A stretch of DNA of 64,000 nt from an uncultured Alphaproteobacteria bacterium. GTDB lineage: Bacteria > Pseudomonadota > Alphaproteobacteria > RF32 > CAG-239. The translations under genes were made by a program, and so were the position numbers. The notes beneath the pieces are model-generated. The model was not told the DNA's origin and did no database searches. It saw only the letters and a list, made by a program, of their open reading frames with translations. This document shows, in pieces, positions 17,273-27,996 of this stretch (positions within the stretch are counted from its first letter, which is position 1; the number at the start of each line of letters is the position of its first letter). The stretch covers positions 21,250 through 85,249 of the forward strand of contig CALXTS010000002.1 in assembly GCA_944391465.1 (NCBI GenBank), written 5' to 3'.

Positions 17273-19084
17273 CTACTCCACAGGCTTAGGACTGGCATCA
17301 AGTTTAAGTGTTTCGAGCAAAAGCTCACTGGCAATACCGGCAGCTCCCTTTCCGTGCTCAATCAAAACAGCAATGGCATATTTAGGATTATCATGAGGCG
17401 CATACCCAACAAACAAAGAGTGATCTCTATATTTCCACGGCAAATCCTCTTGTTTTATTACACCGGACTGTCTTTCTTTCATTGTAATTCTGCGCACCTG
17501 CGTTGTTCCTGTTTTTCCGCACATTTTCTGTCCGTTAAAATCAAACCTCGACCAATATGCCGTTCCCCCCGGAACATTAACCACATCGCACATACCTTGT
17601 TTGACCAATTCCAAATTCATCGGCTTAATATTCATTTTTTTGAAATCGCGTTTTTCACCCGGATTAATTTTATTAAATGTCGGAACAACTTCATAACCTC
17701 CGCTGGCAACACGAGCCGTCATTGTAGCTAATTGAAGAGGAGTCGTTAAAACGTACCCCTGTCCAATACCAGAAATCAAAGATTCCCCTTGTTGCCAGGA
17801 TTCTCGAAAACGCTGCCATTTCCACTCTGTATCAGGAATAAGACCGCTTTTTTCATTTTCCAAACCAACATTAACTTTTTTGCCCAAACCAAATGCTCGG
17901 GCCATTTCGGCAATTTTATTAATTCCGAGTTTTTGTGCTGTTTCATAAAAAAAGATATCACAAGAATGTTGCAAAGCCTGAACAACATTGATATATCCAT
18001 GCCCAATATTTTTCCAACAGTGAAAAGTATGATTTCCCAACATCATTTTACCGGCACAAAAGCTCCGACTTAACGTATTGATAATTCCATTTTCCAAGCC
18101 GGCAAGAGCAACAACAATTTTAAACGTTGACCCCGGAGAATATTGTCCGGAAACAGCTTTATTAACCAACAAATTAAATTCATTGCTGTTCAGCTCTTTC
18201 CACTCTTCTGTACTAATTCCTTGTGTCATTAAATTTGGATCATATGCCGGAGCCGAAACAAAAGCTAAAATTTCACCGGTATTAACACTCATTAAAATAG
18301 CCGCACCACTGTTTCCTTCAAATAAATCATAGGCTTTTTCTTGCAAGCGAGCATCAAGACTAAGTTCAATTTTTTCTCCCGGAATACCTTCAACCTTTTC
18401 AATTTCTTTCATAATGCGCCCATAGGCATTAACTTCCAGTTTGAGGTTTCCGCCTTTACCTCGAAGCCTCTTTTCATATAATTTTTCGATTCCGGCTTTA
18501 CCAATCTTAAAACCGGGAACCTCTAAAAGCGGATCATCTTTCACATCATTTTCAGAAACAGAAGATACATAACCGATAACATGAGCCGTTTTTTCACCCA
18601 AAGGATAATAACGAGACAACCCCTCATCAATAATAATTCCGGGCAAATCAGGCGCATTTAATTGGATACGAGAAACCTCTTCCCATGTTAAGTTATCTTT
18701 AATTTTAATAGGAACAAAGCTACGATTTCTTTTTAAATCTTTTTTTATACGCTCCTCTTCAGCTTCGCTCAAAGGCATAATTTTTTTAAATGCATCGAGT
18801 GTCTCTTGAATATTAATTGTTTGCTCAGCCACCATCAACGCCTGAAAATTTTGTTGATTCGTAGCAAGCATTTGCTGATGTCTGTCATAAATAACTCCGC
18901 GAGGAGGGACCAGCATTCGAGTAGAAATTCGATTCTCATCAGCGAGAGTCTTATATTTATCAGCTTGATAAACCTGAAGATAATAAAGGCGCAAAATAAT
19001 AACCAGCAACAGCACAAACTGTCCGGCCCCCAGAATAAGAGCTCGATTAATAAGTACTTTACCTTTATCACTGTCGCGGTTCAT
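17273..19084 (-). CDS. mrdA: Penicillin-binding protein 2 (elongasome transpeptidase)
   Basis: SxxK (GSTFKIV) and KTGT (GKTGTTQV). N-terminal TM anchor. Positioned within mreBCD-mrdA-rodA. Confidence 0.9.
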   Translation of the reverse strand: MNRDSDKGKVLINRALILGAGQFVLLLVIILRLYYLQVYQADKYKTLADENRISTRMLVPPRGVIYDRHQQMLATNQQNFQALMVAEQTINIQETLDAFKKIMPLSEAEEERIKKDLKRNRSFVPIKIKDNLTWEEVSRIQLNAPDLPGIIIDEGLSRYYPLGEKTAHVIGYVSSVSENDVKDDPLLEVPGFKIGKAGIEKLYEKRLRGKGGNLKLEVNAYGRIMKEIEKVEGIPGEKIELSLDARLQEKAYDLFEGNSGAAILMSVNTGEILAFVSAPAYDPNLMTQGISTEEWKELNSNEFNLLVNKAVSGQYSPGSTFKIVVALAGLENGIINTLSRSFCAGKMMLGNHTFHCWKNIGHGYINVVQALQHSCDIFFYETAQKLGINKIAEMARAFGLGKKVNVGLENEKSGLIPDTEWKWQRFRESWQQGESLISGIGQGYVLTTPLQLATMTARVASGGYEVVPTFNKINPGEKRDFKKMNIKPMNLELVKQGMCDVVNVPGGTAYWSRFDFNGQKMCGKTGTTQVRRITMKERQSGVIKQEDLPWKYRDHSLFVGYAPHDNPKYAIAVLIEHGKGAAGIASELLLETLKLDASPKPVE

Positions 19085-19603
19085 TTACTCATCTTCCTGA
19101 ATTAAATTATTTTGAATAAACGCCAAAACAAGCGAAATTAGCGGATATGCAGCCACCGATACCAAATAAGCAAACAGCAACATGGAAAGCGGCAAAAATT
19201 GGCTGTAATAAACAGAAACCAACAACCACCGAGCAAACATAGCCACAAAAGACAACAAACAAAAGCCATACCAAGTCACAATAAAAGGCTTTGCATTAAA
19301 AAATTTTGATGTGTTATTAATCAAAATATATAAAAGCAATAAAGCAAAAATATTCGACCCAAAAGGAGAGGCTGAAATAACATCATCAATCAAACCGAGA
19401 AAATAAACAGACCATAAATTAAACAAGTCCGGACGATGCAACATCCAGTAATAAACACAGACCATTCCAACCACCGGACGGATATTATTAAAAATTCCAA
19501 ACTCCAGAGGCACATAAGAAAAAAACAACAATAACAAAGAAGATAGCAACGGCAACATTCTCTGAAATATTGAAGTTATGTTTTCTTCAAATTCCTCACT
19601 CAT
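19085..19603 (-). CDS. mreD: Rod shape-determining protein MreD
   Basis: Small polytopic membrane protein after mreC. I chose the internal ATG, which overlaps the mreC stop by 8 nt. Confidence 0.75.
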   Translation of the reverse strand: MSEEFEENITSIFQRMLPLLSSLLLLFFSYVPLEFGIFNNIRPVVGMVCVYYWMLHRPDLFNLWSVYFLGLIDDVISASPFGSNIFALLLLYILINNTSKFFNAKPFIVTWYGFCLLSFVAMFARWLLVSVYYSQFLPLSMLLFAYLVSVAAYPLISLVLAFIQNNLIQEDE

Positions 19604-20465
19604 TGTTTGGCTTACCCTCTGGCTCTTCACTGATAATTCCATCCAAACCATAATTAACTAACTTAACGTAATCAAGTTGTTCCAAGTTACTAAAGGCTTT
19701 CACTCTGATTTCATTTTTATTAACACTTACAACACGCCCGATTGGCAACCCTGCGGGAAACACTCCGGCAACACCTGATGTAACGATTCTATCACCAATA
19801 TTCAAATCAGCCCCAAGAGGAATAAAAATCATTTTAGGCAACGGCGTATTATCACCGGATAAAATACCGCGAATACGAGTTTTTTCAACCATCACAGGGA
19901 TTTTTGAGTTGATATCCGTCAACAACAAAATTTTAGCATAAACATTTCCCACTCTGTCAACTCGACCGACAACGCCTTTATCAGAAATTGCCACTTGTCC
20001 TTTTTTTACCGGTTCATCTCCAATATAAGCAATAACCGAATGAGAAAAAGCATCACCCTCCTCAGCAATAACACGAGCGGTAATAAACTCCGCGCTAGGA
20101 GGCGTAACATAGTTAAGGATTTCAGACAAAAGTTTATTTTCTACTTCTAAAGCTCTTGCTCTGTCATACAGCTTACTCAACTGCATATTTTCTTCTCTTA
20201 AGCGCTGATTATCTTTATGAATTTGGCGCAAATCCTTAAAATAATCATAGACGGCAGAAATGACTTTAGCGGGAATTACTAATACATCAATCGCCGGAGA
20301 AACAATATCCGTAGCCACGGAAGAAGTCTTTTCAACTAAAACAGAATTCGTTTTATTCACCAACATAAAGACAAAAGTAGATAGAAACAAAATAACCAAC
20401 GCAAACTTCTGCGTCAGCAATCTGATATGGCTCAAATGAATAAATAAACTCCGCCGCCTTTTCAT
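19596..20465 (-). CDS. mreC: Rod shape-determining protein MreC
   Basis: N-terminal TM anchor, a coiled coil, then beta domains (GVVGRV...GDRIVTSG). Confidence 0.9.
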   Translation of the reverse strand: MKRRRSLFIHLSHIRLLTQKFALVILFLSTFVFMLVNKTNSVLVEKTSSVATDIVSPAIDVLVIPAKVISAVYDYFKDLRQIHKDNQRLREENMQLSKLYDRARALEVENKLLSEILNYVTPPSAEFITARVIAEEGDAFSHSVIAYIGDEPVKKGQVAISDKGVVGRVDRVGNVYAKILLLTDINSKIPVMVEKTRIRGILSGDNTPLPKMIFIPLGADLNIGDRIVTSGVAGVFPAGLPIGRVVSVNKNEIRVKAFSNLEQLDYVKLVNYGLDGIISEEPEGKPNNE

Positions 20466-20557
20466 ATCCTGCCTTTAGTTATCAGAAAAAAATAAAAGCC
20501 CGCAGACCATCCCAGTATAAGTATCTTCTAACTTGAAACAGTCTGCGAGCATAAAAA

Positions 20558-21601
<1,044 letters not shown>

Positions 21602-21705
21602 CTATTCTCCGCTTATTATAATAAAACATTATTGCTTGATTTTTATACCCTTATAGCTTTTAGTGCAACATCATAATTACGTTTTTCACATAAAAAAAAA
21701 CCATT

Positions 21706-22611
21706 TTAAGGATAGCAATGCTCCAAGCAAATCTGAGCCTTTAACTTGTTTTTAAACCATGTCCGTTGGCGCTTGGCATATTGTCTGGTATGTAGCTTTG
21801 CCAAAGAAACCGCTTCATCCAAAGAGCATTTACCGTCTAAATAACTACACAACTCAGGAATACCGAGCATTTTCATAGCCGGAAGATTTTTATCAAGATT
21901 GAGTTCTTTAATTTTTTTGACTTCTTCAAGTGCGCCTTCGGCAATCATTTTATCAAATCTCAAATAACAACGTTCATCTAGTTCTTGAGCTGTAGGAATA
22001 ATTTTAACCACCAAAAAATCAGCCTCGGGAATTTTTTGTAACATAGGGATTTTAAACCATTCGGACATTGTTTTTCCGGTTTCTAAATAAATTTCCCAAG
22101 CTCTGCGAACCCGCGTCGTATCATTATCACTGATTTTACTTGCTGTTTTTGCATCTATCACGGATAACAAACGATGCATTTCTTTTACACCCTTTTGCTC
22201 CATATCGGATTTTACTTGAATGCGGATTTTCCGACTAACCTCAGGAATAGGTGTTGTTCCGTTAATTAAATTATCAATATATAGCCCTGTTCCGCCCACA
22301 ACAATCGGCAACTTATTTTCGCTCCATGTTTTTTTAATCTCCACAACGGCAAGATTAAGCCACTCAACAACCGTCCCGTTATAATTTGGCGGAAATATCT
22401 CATATAAATAATGATTAACTTTTTGGCGTTCCTCAATATCCGGAACGGCAGAAATAATCGGAGTTCCCTGATAAACCTGCATAGAATCAGCATTGATAAT
22501 GACACCGTTATATTTCAAAGCAATATCCAAAGCCAAAGCTGACTTTCCCGAAGCCGTCGGCCCGGCAACAACAACAACTGAATTAGGTTTTAAATCATGA
22601 AGTTCAATCAT
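21706..22611 (-). CDS. miaA: tRNA dimethylallyltransferase MiaA
   Basis: P-loop GPTASGKSALA. I placed the start at the ATG 6 nt after GGAG, which avoids overlap with ddl. Confidence 0.9.
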   Translation of the reverse strand: MIELHDLKPNSVVVVAGPTASGKSALALDIALKYNGVIINADSMQVYQGTPIISAVPDIEERQKVNHYLYEIFPPNYNGTVVEWLNLAVVEIKKTWSENKLPIVVGGTGLYIDNLINGTTPIPEVSRKIRIQVKSDMEQKGVKEMHRLLSVIDAKTASKISDNDTTRVRRAWEIYLETGKTMSEWFKIPMLQKIPEADFLVVKIIPTAQELDERCYLRFDKMIAEGALEEVKKIKELNLDKNLPAMKMLGIPELCSYLDGKCSLDEAVSLAKLHTRQYAKRQRTWFKNKLKAQICLEHCYP

Positions 22612-22624
22612 AAAAACTCCGTTA

Positions 22625-23539
22625 TTAATTAAATTTTCTGCATTTGGCGTTTTCAACTAACTTTGCGCATAAATCCTCATAAGAAATCCCCGCATATTTA
22701 GCCTGTTCCGGCACCAAAGAAAGAGATGTCATTCCCGGATTTGTATTAATTTCAAGCAAAACAACACCATCTTTCGGATTATAGCGCAAATCAATTCTGG
22801 AAACCGTATTGCATCCCAAAGCCCGATGCAATTTTTCAGCATAAGTCTTACATTCGTCAGCAACGGAAGATGGTATTTCCGCCGGCAAAATATGCTGAGT
22901 TATCCCGTTAGTGTATTTAGCTTTATAATCATAAAAATTTTCAGAAGCCCGAAGCTCGGTAACAACATATGCTTTTCCTTCCAAACACATTACCGTCAAC
23001 TCTTGTCCCGATATAAATTTCTCAACCAAAATTTCTCTATCCAAATCATTATAATTAACTTTTTTCAAATCTTCAGAATTTTCAACAATAAAGACCCCGA
23101 CGCTTGAACCATCGCACACAGGTTTTACAACAAACGGGAACGGAATGTTCGTCCCTTTTTCAATAAAATCGCGAACAGTCATTTTCTGACTCGGCGCAAT
23201 TCGAATACCGCATTCTTGAGCAACCATTTTTGTTAAAGACTTATCCATTCCTAATGCTGAAGTTTTTAATCCCGAATGTGTATAAGGAATTTGCAATAAA
23301 TCCAATAAACCTTGTATCTCACCATCTTCTCCCCAATTACCGTACAAACCGTTGAAAACGACATCAGGTTTTTCATTTTTCAGCACATCAATAAATTTCC
23401 AAACATCTGTCAAATCATGAGCAAGAACCTCATAACCTTTCTTCTGCAAAGCACAAACAATATCATTTCCGGAACTTAAACTAACCTCTCTTTCGGCAGA
23501 AAAACCTCCGGTTAAAACCAAAACTTTTTTAAACATCAT
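22625..23539 (-). CDS. ddl: D-alanine--D-alanine ligase
   Basis: ATP-grasp protein with GGFSAEREVSLSSG at the N-terminus and LEINTNPGMT near the C-terminus. Confidence 0.9.
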   Translation of the reverse strand: MMFKKVLVLTGGFSAEREVSLSSGNDIVCALQKKGYEVLAHDLTDVWKFIDVLKNEKPDVVFNGLYGNWGEDGEIQGLLDLLQIPYTHSGLKTSALGMDKSLTKMVAQECGIRIAPSQKMTVRDFIEKGTNIPFPFVVKPVCDGSSVGVFIVENSEDLKKVNYNDLDREILVEKFISGQELTVMCLEGKAYVVTELRASENFYDYKAKYTNGITQHILPAEIPSSVADECKTYAEKLHRALGCNTVSRIDLRYNPKDGVVLLEINTNPGMTSLSLVPEQAKYAGISYEDLCAKLVENAKCRKFN

Positions 23540-23607
23540 GAAATCCCTTTAAATTATTATTTTTTCTGCTATTGTAGCCAAAAAGTTTAAAGAAAGACTA
23601 AAAGAAG

Positions 23608-24387
23608 ATGAAAAAAGCACTCCTGACCGCCATATTTGTCGGCCTCGTAATTTCTAAAGCGCAAGCCTTTAGTGTTGAACACCAATTTAAAGTCGGCATC
23701 GGAACATTTGATGCCAGCCGCACAACCTTTACCTATGCCTTGACAGATAAAGATTACAGTGTTCAATCACAAGTCAAAACCAATGGTTTTTTTGATATTT
23801 TGTACCCATTCCAAGCTCGTTATTCTACCACGGGAATAATCACAAAAAATGGATTAGAAACCAGAAGTTATCATTACGATTCGCAATCTCGGTTTAATAA
23901 AAGAAGCAAAGATTTAATCTATAACGAGCAAGGTCTTCCCATTCATCGGATTAGCAGCAAAAACGGCAAAGAAAAAAAAGTCAATATTGAACAAAGTACC
24001 GATAATAAAGACACAACAGATTTGCAAACCGTTTTTGCCGAGCTCGCAAAACAATACAATGACGTAAAATTCTGCGATTCTCGTATGCAGGTATTTGATG
24101 GCAAACGCCGCTTTGATGTTATTTTTAAGGATGAAGGACAAGAAGAACTCTCTGCCGATAAGAATCTTCCCTTTTCGGGAAAAGCCTCAAAATGTTCAAT
24201 GTATATTGACAAACTTGAATCGGAAGGAGATGATTTGCTATGGGAATTAACCTCCGACAAACCTGTCTATTTTTGGATTTTAAAGGAAGAAAAAAGTCAA
24301 AAACCGTTCATTGCTAAAATTCACATTGATGATACGCCCCTAGGAGCATTGAACGTATATACAACCAAAGTTACAATTAAGGATTAA
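23608..24387 (+). CDS. Secreted hypothetical protein (possibly DUF3108-like)
   Basis: Signal peptide MKKALLTAIFVGLVISKAQA. The family assignment is tentative and from memory of DUF3108 proteins. Confidence 0.5.
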   Translation: MKKALLTAIFVGLVISKAQAFSVEHQFKVGIGTFDASRTTFTYALTDKDYSVQSQVKTNGFFDILYPFQARYSTTGIITKNGLETRSYHYDSQSRFNKRSKDLIYNEQGLPIHRISSKNGKEKKVNIEQSTDNKDTTDLQTVFAELAKQYNDVKFCDSRMQVFDGKRRFDVIFKDEGQEELSADKNLPFSGKASKCSMYIDKLESEGDDLLWELTSDKPVYFWILKEEKSQKPFIAKIHIDDTPLGALNVYTTKVTIKD

Positions 24388-24388
24388 A

Positions 24389-25786
24389 ATGTTAGAAAAA
24401 GCTGAATTATTACTGCCGGCAGGCTCTTTAATCAAACTCAAAACGGCAATTTTATACGGTGCCGATGCTGTCTATGCCGGCACACCGGATATGTGTCTGC
24501 GAGCCCAATCAAAATTTTCAATTGATGAACTGAAAGAAGGAATAGAGTTTGTACACAAACACGGCAAAAAAATATATCTGACATTAAACCTGTTCATGCA
24601 TAATCGCGATGTTGAAAAATTGCCGCAGTTTGTAAAAACTTTACAAGAGTTGGAACCGGATGGTGTTCTGATTGCAGACCCCGGAGTTTTTATGTATGTA
24701 AAAGAACACGCGCCGAACCTAAATCTTTTCGTTTCTACTCAAGCAAACATCTGCTCATCTCAAGCCGTAAAATTCTGGCAAGCTCAAGGAGCAAAATTAT
24801 GCGTCCTCGGCAGAGAAGTTACTTTTGAAGAAATGAAAGAAATTCGCCAACAATGTCCGAATATTTTATTAGAATGTTTTATGCACGGAGCAATGTGCAT
24901 GTCATATTCCGGCCGTTGCCTGATATCTAATTATCTGGCAGATCGCAGCGCCAACCAGGGTAAGTGTGCGCACTGTTGCCGTTGGCATTATAAGTTACAC
25001 TTGCGCCTTAAAGACGGGACAATCAAAGAAATTGAGATTAATGAGCAAAACAAAGATGCTTTTGAATTTTTGTTGGAAGAAGAATTCCGCCCCGGAGAAT
25101 ACTTTGAAGTCATGGAAGATGAGCATGGTGGCTATATGCTAAATTCCAAAGACATGTGCTTAATGCCCAGACTAGATGACTTACTCAAAATAGGCATGGA
25201 TTCATTAAAAGTAGAAGGTCGCAATAAAACCGAATATTACGCCGGAATAGTCGCACGCACTTACCGACAAGCTATCGATGACTGGTATAAAAGCCCTAAA
25301 GATTGGGATTACCGCAAATACATGGATGACTTATATACTCTGCAAAACCGAGGATACTGCTTAGGTTTCCATGATGGAAAACTAACCAACATCAGCCAAA
25401 ACTATGAATATACCCGCACACTCGGAGATTGGTTATTTGCCGGATCAATCATTGAATGGCAAGGCGATGATGCCGTATTTGAAATTCGCAACTATATTAA
25501 CTCCGGAGAATTCATTGAATTTTTAATCCCCGGAACGTTAAAAAATCTTCGTTTGACGCTGACGGAATTTGAAGACGCCGATAATGGAGAAATTACAACC
25601 AAAGTTTCTGCCGGACAAAACAAAAAAATTCGCATTCGACCTACAAATTGGTCTCAGCCTGTTCAGGAAATAAAACAACTTTTACCGCAATACACCATTG
25701 CCCGCAAACCGACGTTTCTTCCTTCCGAGCAACAAAATATGCTCAACCATAAAAAAGAAGAATTTAAAATCCTTTGCGAAGAGTGA
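24389..25786 (+). CDS. Peptidase-U32 family protein (YegQ/TrhP-like O2-independent hydroxylase type)
   Basis: U32 core with a conserved Cys set (CMSYSGRC...CAHCCRW). 465 aa. Confidence 0.8.
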   Translation: MLEKAELLLPAGSLIKLKTAILYGADAVYAGTPDMCLRAQSKFSIDELKEGIEFVHKHGKKIYLTLNLFMHNRDVEKLPQFVKTLQELEPDGVLIADPGVFMYVKEHAPNLNLFVSTQANICSSQAVKFWQAQGAKLCVLGREVTFEEMKEIRQQCPNILLECFMHGAMCMSYSGRCLISNYLADRSANQGKCAHCCRWHYKLHLRLKDGTIKEIEINEQNKDAFEFLLEEEFRPGEYFEVMEDEHGGYMLNSKDMCLMPRLDDLLKIGMDSLKVEGRNKTEYYAGIVARTYRQAIDDWYKSPKDWDYRKYMDDLYTLQNRGYCLGFHDGKLTNISQNYEYTRTLGDWLFAGSIIEWQGDDAVFEIRNYINSGEFIEFLIPGTLKNLRLTLTEFEDADNGEITTKVSAGQNKKIRIRPTNWSQPVQEIKQLLPQYTIARKPTFLPSEQQNMLNHKKEEFKILCEE

Positions 25787-25796
25787 TATATTTTCC

Positions 25797-25824
25797 TTGA
25801 CGTTTTGTTTGTTTTGTCTATCAT
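25797..25824 (+). promoter_or_regulatory. Sigma70-like promoter
   Basis: TTGACG, 16-nt spacer, TATCAT, about 49 nt upstream of the 25873 ATG. Confidence 0.35.
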
Positions 25825-25872
25825 GAGCGATATCAAAAAATATAATTAATCAATAATTTAAAACAAAACATC

Positions 25873-26616
25873 ATGGAAAAAATTATCTATCAAAACGGAA
25901 ACGAGCATTACATCGTTTTTGAAAACAAGTTGTTTCCCGTACAAAGAAAAACAATGACCAAGATTGGTAATAACGCCATCATCTTGGATGAAAAATTGTA
26001 CCACCTTACTGAGGATAATTCATTAACCTATATTTGCCCGTGCAAAGAAGGAGTTATTGAAATAAACGACACTGTATATGGCCGTCTGCTTCTGATAAAT
26101 GAAAAGCTTTATCAACAAAAAGATGACACCATTAATCTTTTGCCCTCGAAAGAGTACTGTATCGGTAAAACCGCCTTAATGATTCAAAACCGCATTTACT
26201 GCGGCTCTACAGGCTGGTATGCACCTAAATTGTTAAAAATATTTTCTAAAAATGATTTTTACACATTGGTCGGAGCAGTTAACGACCGCGAGTGCAATCT
26301 TTTTATAAAATATAAAAACAAAAACTATTACCACTTTGTCGGAAACAATTGTTCGGTAAAAGGAAAAGTTATAAGTATCCCTCGCTCTCCGCTGACGGAA
26401 GTATGGCTGATGAGTTTTCAAAAACTCAAAAAAATTGGAATTGCCAATGCCGTTAGAGTTGAAAACTCCGGAAAAATAATTTCTTTCCGACATGACCATT
26501 TTTGCACAAGCGAAACAGGTCAAAGAATGAAATATTTTTATGAAACGTTTGAGCTTTCCCCAAAGGAAACCTATGAGTTGAAAGAAGAGAAAAACTCTTT
26601 TGAAAAACTCTTCTAA
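25873..26616 (+). CDS. Hypothetical protein
   Basis: 247-aa ORF with its own promoter-like element and terminator. No motif recognised. Confidence 0.5.
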   Translation: MEKIIYQNGNEHYIVFENKLFPVQRKTMTKIGNNAIILDEKLYHLTEDNSLTYICPCKEGVIEINDTVYGRLLLINEKLYQQKDDTINLLPSKEYCIGKTALMIQNRIYCGSTGWYAPKLLKIFSKNDFYTLVGAVNDRECNLFIKYKNKNYYHFVGNNCSVKGKVISIPRSPLTEVWLMSFQKLKKIGIANAVRVENSGKIISFRHDHFCTSETGQRMKYFYETFELSPKETYELKEEKNSFEKLF

Positions 26617-26627
26617 AAAATATCGTT

Positions 26628-26670
26628 AAAAGGTCTGCTTCTTCTTATTTAAAGAAACAGACCTTTATTT
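26628..26670. terminator. Bidirectional terminator
   Basis: AAAGGTCTG / CAGACCTTT stem extended by TTCTT / AAGAA. Confidence 0.6.
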
Positions 26671-26673
26671 TTA

Positions 26674-27246
26674 TCAATTTTCTTTAAGTTTTTCTGCAAC
26701 TTCAAGAGTTTTAGCATGTAAAGCCTGAATTCTTTTTAAATTTTTATCATCACGATTAATTTTATATAAAGCCATTAAACTCTGGCATAAAGCCAGAACA
26801 TTATCACACCTTTCTTTGAGGGGTAATTCTTCTTTTTCCAAACCTCTCATAACTTCCTCCCCGATATTTATTATTTTATCCCCATCCGCCAACATTTTAG
26901 CCGAAACCAAAACCGTTGATAGTCTTTGCAATACGGAGATTTTTTCCTTAAGATTAGTCGCTTTATTCAACGCTTTATAAAAATATAATTTTGCTTCGGA
27001 AAAATTTTTTTCTTGAAAATAAGTATCCCCGATATTTTTATAGGCCCACAATAATAAAGTACGCGTTTTCAAACTGTTATCTAAAGAACACGACACTCTA
27101 TGAGAGCAAAAATCAATAACCTTATCATATGCACGAATTGTTTCTTTAGAATTTTTAGCGCTTTCTGCAGTTTTATTTGCTATTCTAAAGGCCTGCATAA
27201 TTGTCTGCGGCTCATGTTTATTCAAATCATTCAAATTCATAGCCAC
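26674..27246 (-). CDS. TPR-like helical repeat protein, hypothetical
   Basis: TPR-type segment WAYKNIGDTYFQEKNFSEAKLYFYKALN. 190 aa. Confidence 0.5.
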   Translation of the reverse strand: MAMNLNDLNKHEPQTIMQAFRIANKTAESAKNSKETIRAYDKVIDFCSHRVSCSLDNSLKTRTLLLWAYKNIGDTYFQEKNFSEAKLYFYKALNKATNLKEKISVLQRLSTVLVSAKMLADGDKIINIGEEVMRGLEKEELPLKERCDNVLALCQSLMALYKINRDDKNLKRIQALHAKTLEVAEKLKEN

Positions 27247-27281
27247 ACCTTCATAAAAATTATTAAAACCCCAAAAATAAC

Positions 27282-27617
27282 TTAATAGGCTTTTGCTTCT
27301 CCTTCTTCCTCATCAGCATAGCCCTCCCAACATTGATGAGAAAGCTGCCCGCCTGTTTTCATACAATACTCCTCTCGATGAAGATCATATTCATGATAAA
27401 TCGGACAAGTTTCACAAAGACATCCCTTATCTTCAGAAATGCAATGGCTTTTACCAAAAGCGCAAAACATTTTTTCATAGTGTTCCACATCGTCTAAATC
27501 TTTAGCCAACTTTAGCACATTTTCCGGAAAATTTTTAATCTTGCACCCTAACGAATATGACGGGCACTCCATGCAAACACATTTTTTCAGATTTTCTTTA
27601 TTTTTAGCTACAAGCAT
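27282..27617 (-). CDS. Small cysteine-rich protein (DUF2769-like)
   Basis: I placed the start at the ATG preceded by AAGGAG. Repeated CxCxxCP motifs (CVCMECPSY, CLCETCPIY) plus FCAFGKSHC. Confidence 0.5.
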   Translation of the reverse strand: MLVAKNKENLKKCVCMECPSYSLGCKIKNFPENVLKLAKDLDDVEHYEKMFCAFGKSHCISEDKGCLCETCPIYHEYDLHREEYCMKTGGQLSHQCWEGYADEEEGEAKAY

Positions 27618-27705
27618 CACAAAACTCCTTAAAAATTTATTTTTACTTTTCAAGAAGTATGAATAATTTTGCAAAAAACAACTAGTAAATTAGATTTAGA
27701 AAAGA

Positions 27706-27996
27706 TTAAACTCGTTTAAAAACACCATCTTCAATTGGCGGAAGAAAAGAGCTAACTCGACCGACAACAAACTCAACTTTATCAACTCTGGATAATAAAG
27801 GACCTTTATGACAAGCTAAAATCATATCGTCCAATTGCTTTTCCGGCCCGCGCATCATAATTTCGACACTACCGTCTGCCGCATTCGTTACCCAACCAGA
27901 GATGTTTCCGATTTCCTCAGCTTTTTTAATTGCCCAATACCGAAAACCAATCCCTTGTACACGACCTTTTATTCTCAAATAAACTTCTTTCGTCAT
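27706..27996 (-). CDS. acyP: Acylphosphatase
   Basis: GRVQGIGFRYWA...GWVTNAADGSVE signature. 96 aa. Confidence 0.85.
   Translation of the reverse strand: MTKEVYLRIKGRVQGIGFRYWAIKKAEEIGNISGWVTNAADGSVEIMMRGPEKQLDDMILACHKGPLLSRVDKVEFVVGRVSSFLPPIEDGVFKRV

Noticed and set aside
17234-17731. 165-aa plus-strand ORF opposite mrdA. Similar long antisense ORFs lie at 20990-21502 (opposite mreB), 32366-32824 (rarA), 50482-50904 (ftsH), 39948-40373 (truA) and 59406-59771 (acidic protein).
   Set aside because: Each lies entirely inside a strongly recognisable gene on the other strand. They have low-complexity or odd composition and no RBS. They are typical shadow ORFs of an AT-rich genome.
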